A stretch of DNA of 64,000 nt from the human T2T-CHM13v2.0 reference genome, Homo sapiens: the NCBI RefSeq assembly GCF_009914755.1, contig NC_060947.1, one strand, 5' to 3'. Below, piece after piece: positions 1-12,747 of the stretch. Position 1 is the stretch's first letter, and every line of letters starts with the position of its first letter. A program made the position numbers and the translations under genes. The notes below the pieces were generated by a model. The model did not search any database and was not told the origin of the DNA. It saw nothing but the letters and a program-made list of their open reading frames with translations.

Positions 1-720
1 TCGTCAAAACCCTACAGAACACCCCCTCACAATCATGATTTCCTATCTTTCTAGTTCACCTGCTCAAATTGCTCTAATATAAATGTTCTTTAATGACACA
101 AAGACCTCCAATCTATTAACATCTCCATTTGAATCTATGAACCAGCTTGCTCCCTCACAACTTCCCTTTCTCCCTTATCCATCAAGAACTCCATTGTCCA
201 TTTTTTTTATAATCACTTTCAGCATTTTCAACACCCTGTGAGAAATCCTACAGGAAGCTGCATAAAATGGTCACAGGATAAGGGAAAGAATAGAGGTGTG
301 TGCCAACAGCACTATTTTTCCAAGAACCCAGAATCTGAGCTGGATCCAAAATGGTGGCTTGGAATAGATGGACAGCGTCCAAACTTCTGTATCCAGTCTT
401 CACAGATTAGGGCTGTTTCATAATTTCTCTCTTGGCTGTACTGCCACGGATTCCTCCAGTAAAAGAAGGAATCCATATTTTGAGCACTTCCAGATCGGAG
501 GCTCTAAATTTCAGCTCTGAATCAGCACACAGAGTGGTAAGAGATTGGGATTCCCCAGAGAGTGTTTGGGCCAGCATAGTGATCAACCTCTACCTTTCAC
601 CCTTACTTGGGGGCTCTCAGGGCACCAAAGAGTGCTTATCCAGAACTGATGAGACTAAGCACCGTCTCCAGGCCCTACCGGCCTCTTGCATCCTTGGTGG
701 AGGCCATTAAAGAACATGGG

Positions 721-1054
<334 letters not shown>

Positions 1055-1149
1055 TCATGCCCTTTAATTGCTTCTTCCTCCAACTGTCTGAAACTTCATG
1101 ATTAGAACATCTTGTGACACGCTGAGCAAAAATGCTGTTCAGTCATCCT

Positions 1150-1500
1150 CTGTCTAGCTTAGGGTCCCCTGGTAAGCAGCCTCTGAGATGGGTTTGCATA
1201 TAGAAGCTTTATCGGGGTTCAACATGTATGAAGAAAGGAAGCAGGATTGGGCAAAGGAAGGAGTTGAACTGAGAGATGCAAGCACAACAGAGAAATCAAT
1301 CAGTCCTACAGTGAACTCTCAGGCTAATGTGGCCTTTCAGAGTTATCCTGGATTGAAGCAAGAGGGTACGAAGGCCTGGGTTAGTCAGCTCCCTTCAGTC
1401 AAGGGTGACTTTCAGAGAGGGACTTGGCTGTGAGCCAGCAGCAGCCAACACTCTCAGCAGGTCCTGAAGGTAGTGGGACAGCCTACTATAACATCCACTA
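1150..1500. mobile_element. Old ERVL-type LTR fragment (LTR16-like)
   Basis: Resemblance by eye to LTR16 (agggtcccctgg.aagcag.ctctgagatgg...). Confidence 0.45.
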
Positions 1501-2639
1501 TACAAAGAGTGAAAGTGAAATTTCAACACTCTATGTACATTAGAATATAGATTTAAGTTCCAACTACTTAAAGCTATATTTCAAGGAAGAACATTTGAAT
1601 TTGCTGGTTACCTCTCCAGTAAATTCCATTGCCAAATCCTCCTTCAGGGCCTCTGAGGCCCTTGAGGTGAAGCTGCTGTCCTCCTCTTCTCTGTCTCATC
1701 TGATCCAGATAAGCATGTCTTTCTCAGCACCCACCACCCCTCAGAACATTCACCTGTACATGTCTGCCTCCTTCTGCTTGGTGTACCCCTGAAAGATGGG
1801 CACATGTATTACCCATCTGTGTATTCCCACACCTAGCCCAATGTTTGGTAAATAGGGCACTCGATAAGGGTTTATTGAATGACTGAATCAACGAATGAAC
1901 AAATTTCTTTTTCTCCCTGCAGAAACAATGACATAGGGAAATACATTTGATGAAACGAGGACAACTCTTTTAGTGCACACCCTTATGTGTATTTATCATC
2001 GGTGCTTAACAAGGGCTGTTTGATTTCCACTAACTGGCACAGCATAAAAGGGCTATTCTGAAACAGTCGACTATATCTTATGGGTTTCCTAAATAAATTA
2101 AACTCTATCACAGGATTTGAATGCAAAATACAGAGGAAATTAAAATGTAAAACATGAAACAGCTGTTTGATCAGCTGTTACAATAGGCTGTGAACAAAGG
2201 CTATACTCATGTTTTATCTAGATGGGTAAAAATAATTAATCATAGAAAATGGTTTGTTACAGGACTATTTTCTTTTCTTTTCTGCATAGAAACACAACAG
2301 TTATCTAATTAATGATGGCAAACTTCTGGAAGCACAGGCTAGATGGTACCCAATAAATTTAAAAGTACTATAAAAGTATATGTTCCCAGTAGATAATGGT
2401 AGGCATAACGTAGTAATTGCAAAAAACAGCTTTCCTGCATGTTACAGAGAGCAAAACTTACTTGCCACCACTAAAATGTTACAAAACTGAAGATATTTTT
2501 AATTTCTAGTGCCTACAACTTCATTAAATTACGACTACAAACTGGTGAAGAATCTTGATTATCTCTGTACTGTCTGGGGGATCGTTGGGTGGGGAGGAAA
2601 TGTTGGTTTCCTATTGAAATGGCTAAGAAGTCCATTATT

Positions 2640-3140
2640 ACAATTCCATCATAAGGTAAATTGGTAAAACTTTCTTGGGCGACAATTTTGCTATAATTAT
2701 TAAATGCCTTAAAAGAATTTCTAACATTTATCTCTGGAAATTTCCTAAAGAAACAATCAGAATTATGTACAACAATTTAGGTTCATAACAGCTTTGTTGA
2801 AAATAGCAGAAAGTTTGAAAAAAACACAAATGTTCAGCAATAGGAGATTGATTCAACAAGTTGTGATACAATCATATGAACTAATGTTATAAAATCATGA
2901 AAAAACATTTAAGACATAGGTAAACATTCATAACATGTTGGTATTTATTTTTAAAGGGGATACAAATAAGTACAGTAAATACAACATAAAGTTTGCATAA
3001 AGAAAATATAGGTGGCAATAGTAACAGTGGTAAATATTTTATGGAGTTCAATTATGGATGATTTTCATTTTCTTTTTGCCATTTTCTATAATTTACAGAT
3101 TTTCACAACAAATGTTTATTATTTCTGCATTCATGCTATT
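2640..3140 (+). mobile_element. Ancient L1 (L1ME-like) 3' end fragment
   Basis: Degenerate L1 ORF2-end/3'UTR phrases (aaattggtaaaactttcttgggcgacaattttg; acaaatgttcagcaataggagattg). Confidence 0.55.
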
Positions 3141-3855
3141 AAAAAAGATACTCACACCTCTCTAAAAAATGTCCTCAAACTGTAGATCATCAAGATGGAA
3201 TGTGATTGCATCTTTCATTTCTATCAGTGGCCTTTCTTCTTACCAAATGTTTGAAGTAATTTTGGTTATTAACTAAATTGGTTATTAATTCTTAACTTTA
3301 TCCTTCTGAAAAAAGATGCTTTGCTGGATAACAAAAGCTCTTCCAATGAGCTTGTTTCTTTAATGTAGAAAACTGGAAAATAACCCAAAGAAATGAGATA
3401 TAACTAAAGACATAATTATCAATACACAATTTAATACACACACACCACTGGGATCACAGCAATAAAAAGTAGCCCAACTTCAAAATATGAAGTAAGGATT
3501 CCAAATTCAATTAAAAGAATCATTAAAAATGTTGGAGAGGTTAAGCAAAAGGGACGATTATTTAGGCTAGAAGGAGAGCAAATAAAACTAAGTATCTAGT
3601 AGGACATTTTCATCATTGTGTAATTCTGATAAATGTTATTGAGGAGGAGAGTAGAATTAAAAATGGCCTAGCTAAGAGATGCATAACATAAGATCAAGAG
3701 CTCAAATTTCAGATATGAAGTGGAAATTAGATAGTATATGACATTTAAGATGCCATTAAATGGAGACTATGGTAAGATGACTAACATTTGAAAGGTCAGA
3801 CCTACCTGAAGATGTTTTCTGATGGTGCCCCTCTCTCACAAAACAAAAGGTTTAA

Positions 3856-4218
<363 letters not shown>

Positions 4219-6152
4219 TGAGATTGCCAGAGATACACGTTTTATCATTTAGTAAACTGGGTCACAGCCCTTGGGAAGAAAATCTCTGTTTTTAGTTTTT
4301 TAAAGAAGAAAAAATGTAAATACAGTCAAGTCCTTCAATCCCAATGATAAAACTTTGGAGGGAAGTTTGCAAAAATAAAATATAGGTGGCAATAGTAACA
4401 GTGGTAAATGTTTTATGGAGTGCCTACAACTTCATTAAATTACAACTAATTATTGTTTGTGATACTTCTTTTCTGGATAGGCTGCCAGCAAGACAGTGAA
4501 GAAAGCCAAGTGCAACTTTGGACACCTCCTTCTACTCATTCTTCCCTTCTTTCTATCCCCATTTCTCTTGAAACCTCCCTTGGGCATTCAGAATAACCCA
4601 ATACATTATAATCAGCTGATCACCTCTCAATCCTTTCCTGAATTTCTATCCATGTTTTGGCTTCCCTGGTTATCAGGCACACGACCATCCACCTTATCTT
4701 TATAGTATAAACTGTCAATGGCTCCCTATTTCTTACCACAGGAAAACCTAACTTTTCACTTTGTTTTTCAATTGCTCGTTTTTGGATCCTGCCCCCCTCC
4801 TACTAACTTTCCTTCCCATGTCTCCCCTTCCTTTTATTCTAGACAAGCTGGACTTTCTACTGTCCTGTAAATATAAAGATCACCTGCTAACTGAAGTCTC
4901 TGGCCCTATGATTTAAATGATTCTTCTCATCTTTAAAGCCTCTCTCTTCTCTACCCTCCCAAACCTGGACTGTTCTTCAGAATCTGTTAAATTCTACTCC
5001 CTTAATGAGACCTTCTCCAACTCCTGGGGTCTTTAATGATTCTTCTAACTTAGTCCTTGGGTCCCACAGTTCAGAATTCAATTATACATTAGTTTAATTG
5101 TTCCTTATTGCATGTATGTGCTAGTCTTGTGTCTCCATCTGCATTTTAAGTTTCCTGAGGCTGGGAACTTAGTCTTACTCTTTTTCTATACCTTCCTTCA
5201 GTAAATAAATGCATGCTGACTTAGGAAACATTGCTAACAGGGACTTGGCTTTCTGTATCTTTATTTACTGAGTTAACAGAGGAGGCCAAAGATGGATCCA
5301 TTTTGTGAGCATGAAAACAGAAAGTAGAAATAGTGCATTCAAAGTATTAGTGATTCTAACCTCTCACCCAGCACCATTTGATCAGGTTGTCCTTCTGTTT
5401 GCATTTTCTCCTAAGGCTGAGGGCTCATCCTCCAGGACAATAATTTTATTCAAAAGAAGGGGCTGTGAGGTCTGGAGCCAGCCCTTTGCACTCTCTAAAT
5501 GTGCTTTTTCTTGGATGCAAAACCAGGCGATCTTAACTAGTAGGTAAAACTCTAAAGATGCTTCCGTCTTCAGTCACCAATGATTCTATTAAACCAAAGT
5601 ATTTTTTAGCTTGGTCTTCTAAGTTTGTTCCTTGAATATTCAAAATCAGGAAGGAATTTTATACCATTATGGCCTCCTCTTAGGGGAAATAACAACTTTT
5701 ATGCAGACACACTACTAATAAGTTAAGCCCAGCGAATGAGATTCTTGCAAAAGCACAATGGTACACATTTAACCTGAGCAAATTTCCAAAGCATTCTCTT
5801 GTGGGGCTGAAAACACTCGTTCTTCAGACACATATTACACCTGAACGTGGCCCCTCAATTTGGCTCACTTTTGCACCCTTCAAGGGTATTCGATCTTGCA
5901 TGATTCCAGGGTGCCCTCAATTGAGTACTGCCCAGTGACTTGTACAAATAACAAAGTTAACATTTATTGAGAATTCTAGGAGTTAGCCCAGGAACACTCA
6001 CCCGCTTTTCAAGTACCAAGAAAAATTGAAGAAACTTGGCTGAAGAAGTACCAAGACAAATTGAAGAGACAAGCTCTTTGAAAGAGCTTTTGATATCTAG
6101 CAGGGCATCTTTTGCAGAAGGATAAATTGAAGAATTAATAACCACATTTATT

Positions 6153-6501
<349 letters not shown>

Positions 6502-7179
6502 TAAGAAGAAAAGCCACTGATATAAATGAAAGATGCAGTCACATTCCATCATGGTGATTTATACTTTGAGGAATTTTTTTGGAGAGGGAAGAGTATGGTG
6601 TTTCTGGAAACGTGAGTTGCAGAAATAATACATATTTGTTGTGAAAATCTGTAAATTACAGAAAATGGAAAAAAATGAAAATCATCTGTAATTGAACTCC
6701 ACAAAAAAACTAACCTGTTACTATTGCCACCCCTATTGCCCAAGCTCCACATTTAGGGGAACAGATGGGATTTGAGCCCAAGTCCCAGGCCTCCAATGCC
6801 CTTTGTGTTTAACAGCTGTGTTATCTTCCTTCCTCTTCGTATACAAATGTTTTGCATTTATAGTTTCTGACATATTTATCTCTTAAAATACATATTAAAA
6901 TAATTAGAGTTAAAGCCTTTTGTTTAAATTAAGCTGCTGACTTTCTCACATCATCTGTGTTAGTAAATCATATACAAGCCAAGAAAACAGGGCTTGGAAG
7001 CAGAATCTCTGTTACAGGCTAATGTTCTCCGAGTGTGCATGCACGCGTGTGTGTGTGTGTCAGTGCATTCAAATGCACAGCCACAAACCACTTCCTCAGC
7101 CCAAAGTTTGACAGTGAGGAAGCTGGCACACTGGCACTTCAGACCACTAGTTGCTAGTGGACATTTTGTCAGCCTGATG

Positions 7180-7425
7180 AACAATAATCATCAATATCTA
7201 TTGTGTGCCTGCCAAATGCCAAGCCACATTCCAAGCACTCTACATGTATTTTCTCCTTTAATTCTCTCAGCCACTTTGTGAAATAGATACCATTATTATC
7301 CCCATTTCCAAATGAGAAAAGTAAGGCATGGGAAGGTTAACTAACTATTTTGCCCAAGGTGGCACAGCTAGTTAGTGGTGGAACCAGGGTAGACACCATG
7401 CTCTTAACCCCTATGCTCCACCACT
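7180..7425. mobile_element. MIR
   Basis: MIR core: attatccccatttccaaatgagaaaagtaaggcat...aggttaa...ttgcccaaggtggcacagctagttagtggtgga. Confidence 0.75.
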
Positions 7426-8451
7426 GCCCCTGAATGTATGGCAGGGAGCCTAGACCTCAATACCCAGTCAGAGGAGAAGAAAATTGTGACCATTGTCAAT
7501 GCCAAGCCAAGCCTTAAACCTGCCCTGGTGACTTCTGAGGACACATGGGGGCCTAGAAATTGTGACTCTAGTGGCAACTGGCTCTACTCACACAGCCCAC
7601 CAACCGGCCCCAACACTGTGTCCCAGGGGTGTTAGAATCAAGCAAAAAGAACAAGGCTTTGTCATTCTTAACCTTCACAGAGCTTTTGTCATTCTAATCA
7701 AGCTCCTAACACCTTGTACAGCATGTAGATAACGCTTGATATGCTACCTTTTTATCATTTATTATTAAATAATATTATTAAATAAATAATATCATTTGTT
7801 ATTAATGCATTTATCTTCTATTGTAGTTAAGACAGGAATCAAATGGCTGAAATGAAGACCAGATCAGAATTGGAATAATAGCCAGGTTGAGGTGAGGCTG
7901 AAGTACAGATCTAAGACTTCCAGAATTTCTCCTGAAGCGGAACCCAGTGGGTCTCAGAGCCCAAAGTGAGCCTGAGTTCCTCAGGCCCCTTGCGGGGGGA
8001 TAAAGGAATTGGCTGAGCCAGGATGAGGCTGAAGTCAGGCGAGTCTCTCCTGATGCCCACATGTATACATGGCGTCCTGTTGCCACCTTATCTATGCTGC
8101 ACATCCAGAAAAATTATTGGTTGGTGAAAAGAAGTGATTACATAGAAATGCCTGTTTTTGCTCCCTTAGATTGAAAAACTCTACAGGACAAACAAGGATA
8201 TATTTCCAAAAAGGTAGAGTAAGGCACCTATAAGCCAAAGCCGAAGTGATCACTGTTTATGGTCCTACATGTGCATTCTTTCCAATCCTTGAAACAAGCC
8301 GGCCAGGAAGGCATTATGAGTCTCATTTTAAAGATGAGGCAGCTGAAATACAGGGAGGTTATGTACCTTTTAAGGTTCCACATAGGTAAGCATAAGAAAT
8401 GAGATTCATAACTAGTGTGTTTGACACTAAGCCTATTCTCCCCCTCCCAGT

Positions 8452-8605
8452 CTTTTTTTATAGGCAGTCTTTGTCTGTGGCCCACGCTGGAGTATAATGG
8501 CATGATCATAGCTCACTGCAGCCTCGAGCTCCTGGACTCAAGTGATCCTCCCACTTCAGCCTCCAGAGTAGCTGGGACTACAGGTGCACTCCTCTATACC
8601 CAGCC

Positions 8606-8644
<39 letters not shown>

Positions 8645-8722
8645 AGACCATGTCTCATTACGTTGCCAGGGCTGGTCTCAAACTCCTGGGCTCAAGCAAT
8701 CCTCCCGTCTCAACCTTCCAAG
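8452..8722 (-). mobile_element. AluJ-like element with (TG)n replacing the middle A-rich linker
   Basis: J-type phrases (gatcatagctcactgcagcctc; ctcctgggctcaagcaatcctccc); (TG)n at ~8608-8643 between the monomers. Confidence 0.88.
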
Positions 8723-9559
8723 ATAAATCGTATGTTCTTTTAATATTGCTGTATTACCTCTGTGTATTCTTTCCTTGACTAGGATATACAAATTTTCAGG
8801 CATATCTATATAATTATTATTTTTTAGGACATTCAAGTGGGTTACAGGAGCCCAGGGAAGTTCTCCATTTTTCTTCACCAAAGGTGAGAAAGAGGCTTTG
8901 CCATTAACATATGGGCCACATCTGCCCACCACACACCTCAACTCATAACCCCTTGTGAGCCATCTCTGACATTCCCTGCCAAAGCCAGTACCACTAGCCT
9001 GCAGCCAGGCTTGCTCTCCCTGCCACAAAGATCACCTGCCAGGTGTTGGTTACAATTTGGAAGTCTGGTTCCAACACTTCCAGGGATCTCAAACAAGTGC
9101 CTGCCACCCTCAAATGACCAAATCTCCTCTCCTAAGTCTGGCCAAAACTTTCTTGTTTCTGCTTCAAGTTGCCTTTTTTAGTTTTTATTTTGGGGATTGA
9201 ACAAGAACTATTCCAGAATTGCAAAAGATAGTTTCCATGGTTCCACCCACCCAAACACTAAAACTGAGAGACGCGGGACAGATGCAACGTGCTGCTGTCC
9301 AGTTCCATGTGGGAGATGTCATTGCTCTGCCAAGTCTCTGGAGATGATCTGCCCCTTGGGTAAAAGAGATTTCAGTGCATACTCATTTATACACCATACA
9401 CATTTCTAAAAAGTTAGTCTACAACTATCTTGGAACTTTTAAAACATCAAAAAAGAAAGTTATGTATTAACCAGCTATCCTCCCAGTATGTCTCTGTTTA
9501 TCCCAAAGGGAGTGATTAAAATTTGCTGACAGCTTTAAAAATTATCAGGGAATTGCCAG

Positions 9560-10440
9560 AATGTCCCAAGTTTAATAATTAACAAAGCTTAGAACGCAGA
9601 GTCAAATCCAGAGACTTTTAAACATAAATCATTGTGTTGGTCACCTACTAATTCGAAAATTCTACACACTACACTCTTGATTTTGGCCATTTCATCTACT
9701 AAAACCTCTATCGTACACATTTGTAACCCCAATTTCATTCCAACTGCTAGATTTCTCTCCCTGGGTGTCCTCCCAGAACCTCCAACTCTAGACGTCCTAT
9801 CTTTTCCCAAAACCTTCTCTCCCTCTTCTTCATATCCCTCTTTTTGCTAATATCACCATCAGATGTGACACACGCCATTTGATGCATGGCACTCTGAATA
9901 AAAAATCATCAGTGCTATTCATTGATCACAGAAAGAGCTAAACCTTTCTGATATACAAGCCTCCCCATAATTCATCCCAACTGACTTTTCTAGCTTTCTC
10001 TCCCACCAGACCCCTCTGGCAACTCTCCGCAATGAAGTTCTTAAGTTATCCTACACGTTAGCATGTTCTTTCACATATTTGTGGTTTTATACAAGCTGCT
10101 CTTTAGTTTAAAAATGCTTTCTTCATCTAGTCCCCTGGTGAATTCATATTCATTCCTGAAGACATAGTTCAGATGTCACCAACTCTGTGAGTTCTTAGAT
10201 TTTCTCAGACAGAGTTTGATGTTCTCTCCAATCACCTTCCCTAGAATTTTTTATATGCACTATTAAAGCACCTATCATATGCCAAAGAGTAGTAATTATT
10301 CTTGACTGTCTTCCACATCAGCTTGTGAGGGCCCCAGGAACAATGGCCCTGTATAAATCATCTTTTATTTCTTTTGGGACAAAATGTGGAACAGGAAGTA
10401 AATGTTCATTGAATGAATGAATAATGAATCAATGAATGGA
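9560..10440. mobile_element. L2 fragments
   Basis: Degenerate L2 phrases ending in a (TGAA)n tail at ~10410-10438. Confidence 0.55.
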
Positions 10441-12450
10441 CCCCTCCCATGGCACGCACCACCTTCTACCTTGTATTGTCTGAGTATCCCATCACCCTTC
10501 TTGAATTGACAAGTCTTCCGGGGCAAGAACAACATGATCCATTTTTGAATCCCCTACACAGCCTCCCTCAATTCCTATTGTCTGAATAAATGGGTAAAAC
10601 TCTTGAGGGGCTTGTGCCATATTTCAGACTCTGCAAAGCTATTTTACTCACATTGTTTCACTTGCCCTGTAATCCAGCAGTGACTAACTGGTGTTATCCC
10701 CATGTAGCAGATGAAGCAATTGAGTAAGACTGGGCCTTGGAAGGCTGCTTTCTTGGTTCTTAGAACAATGCCTATTCCGTGGAATGTTCTTGAGAAAAGT
10801 CAGATCTACTCATCAGTACCTTGTTTTGATCAGAGTTCGGGAGGATGAATGCAGAGGTTTCACCACTGCTTGCAAAAATAGTTAAACCCTTATCTACCTT
10901 TTCCAGATGAGTCTAACATGAGTAATGTGATTGAACCTGAAGGTGTGGAGTATGAATCAGAAAGGGACAAATCATGAAGGGAAAATAGAAAAATCTGAAT
11001 CCATTGGGCATACTTTAGTGAGAAAATGACTTCGGGGGCCTGAAAAGAGAAACTTCAGCTTCTGTAAGATGGGGTGCTATGCAAGGCAGCATCAAGAGGC
11101 ACTTAGTAATATTTTCTAAAACACCTAAGTAGGTATGCTTTTAAGTCCAACTTCCTCTAGGAGAGAAGATGTCAAAAATACTGAAAGAAAACTGAATTTA
11201 TACACAGCCTTGGCCAACCTCAGCATGTTGTGATTACGCATCTATGTACCTGCAACACCAGGCACAGGGCCTGGCATGGGCGAGCTCACCAGAGCCTGCT
11301 AGACAGATGTGGTAGCCTGAGATCCCACCCAAAGGGGAGAAAGGCTGGAGCAGAGGCAGGAGGACTGGACCATGGTCAGCACCAAACATCCAATGCCTTG
11401 GTTTTTTCTCCAGCCACAGGAGAGTCAGAACAACTCTGTCCTGCCCTCCTGGCAGGGAGCAAGGCCAACCTCTACTTCCCAAAGGCCACTTGAGAACTCC
11501 TTAAGGCAAGTCTTAGACAATGCATCCACGGGTCTGGAGGTGTCCTAATTACTGCTCAAGTACTAGGCAGCGTTAGGAGGTGGGCCAAAGCATGCCCAGG
11601 GGGCCATTAAACAGGCTGTGCTGAGAGCATCATTGATTCCCATTGACCCTATCCCATAGGATCTGCCTGATCCTCCACAGAGGGTAAGTTCCACCACTAC
11701 CCCCATCCCTTCTTCTGGCTTCTATTTTTCGGTGCCCTTGGTATGTACACAGCCCCGTGTGGCTGAGGGGGTAGTGTCTGTCCCCATCCTTGCCAAATAT
11801 GGGCTAGGCCAGAGAGCAAAGCTGCAGCTTGGCCACCCTGCGCTAGGAGTGGGGTGGGGTGGAGTGGGGGTGCGAGAGGCATAAGAGGAAAACAGGCATT
11901 TGCCAAAAAGACACTGCAGCCTCAAGTTAGATCCGTGACAATCACAGAACCTCAAAGAATCAGGAGGGCCTGGAAAGTCTTTGGCAATCGATTGGCCAGG
12001 CTCCAACCTCTTCTGTTCAAGGTCGTTTTCCTGACGCCAGGACAACAATACGATGTGGTGCATGCTTGCTCTAAGCGAGGGTGCGGAGTGTCCAGGTCAA
12101 GTTGGAGCAAATGACTGACCTTTGTGCCACCTCCCCACCCCTTTTCCCTGGCTTCGAAAATTCCAGCAAGCGAAGGCCTAGCAGCCTTCTGGGGGAGAAG
12201 TTCAAAGTCTGGCCCCAGAGCTGCAACAGGCTTCCAGCCTCTGGCCTCTGCGTCCGGGAACGCACCCAAAATTGCCCCCAAAGGAGGGTTCAGTGCACGG
12301 CGCTCTGGACCCACTAGAGCCCTGCCCGTGCGTGGACAGTCTGGGGACTCCAGGGTCAGCCCCTGCCCCACGGCCGCCCCCCGCGTCTCCCCCAGGCAGC
12401 CACCTGTCCGAGCGCGTGAAGAGGAAGGAGGGCGCACAGCCGCGACTAAC

Positions 12451-12496
12451 CTGAGATGCCGCCCCCCACCACGACCACGTCGCATTTGTTGCTCAT
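12451..12496 (-). CDS. MAOB: MAOB coding exon 1 (MSNKCDVVVVGGGIS + first base of Gly16; start of the FAD-binding GxGxxG motif)
   Basis: Minus strand reads GCGCC-ATG AGC AAC AAA TGC GAC GTG GTC GTG GTG GGG GGC GGC ATC TCA G|GTTAGT. This is the MAO-B N-terminus as a 46-nt phase-1 exon followed by a GT donor at 12450-12449. Confidence 0.98.
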
Positions 12497-12625
12497 GGCG
12501 CTCGCCCCGTTCCAGGCCTCCCTGGTGCCCGCTGCTCCGTTTTCTGGGCCTCGATCCCAGTCCTGCCTGCCAGCCAGCCCGCCCGCCTGCCCGCCGGCCT
12601 GCTGCGCGCTGCCCCCGTGCACCAG
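12497..12625 (-). other. MAOB: MAOB 5'UTR (approximate; TSS inferred ~20-30 bp downstream of the TATA-like box)
   Basis: GC-rich and ATG-free on the minus strand between the TAATATA box and the start codon. The exact TSS cannot be read from sequence. Confidence 0.7.
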
Positions 12626-12747
12626 CGCCTCGGCGAGCCGCTATATTACCAGCCCCGGGAGCCCGGACGCGCAGCCCCGCCCGCCCGCCTACGCGCAGGC
12701 AGGCCGGGTGCAGCGCAGGGCCACCGCCCCCGCCCGCAGCTCTGCAG
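12593..12747 (-). promoter_or_regulatory. MAOB: MAOB core promoter: TAATATA box, two overlapping GC-box (Sp1) clusters, CACCC element
   Basis: TAATATA at 12648-12642 (minus); GGGCGG clusters at ~12674-12689 and ~12724-12737; CACCC at 12710-12706 between them. Bounded by NaeI (12593-12598) and PstI (12742-12747) sites, matching the known ~0.15-kb core-promoter architecture. Confidence 0.9.

Noticed and set aside
11848-11871. G-rich run in intron 1 as a G-quadruplex
   Set aside because: Only three runs of three or more G plus GG runs; does not meet the canonical four-run pattern.
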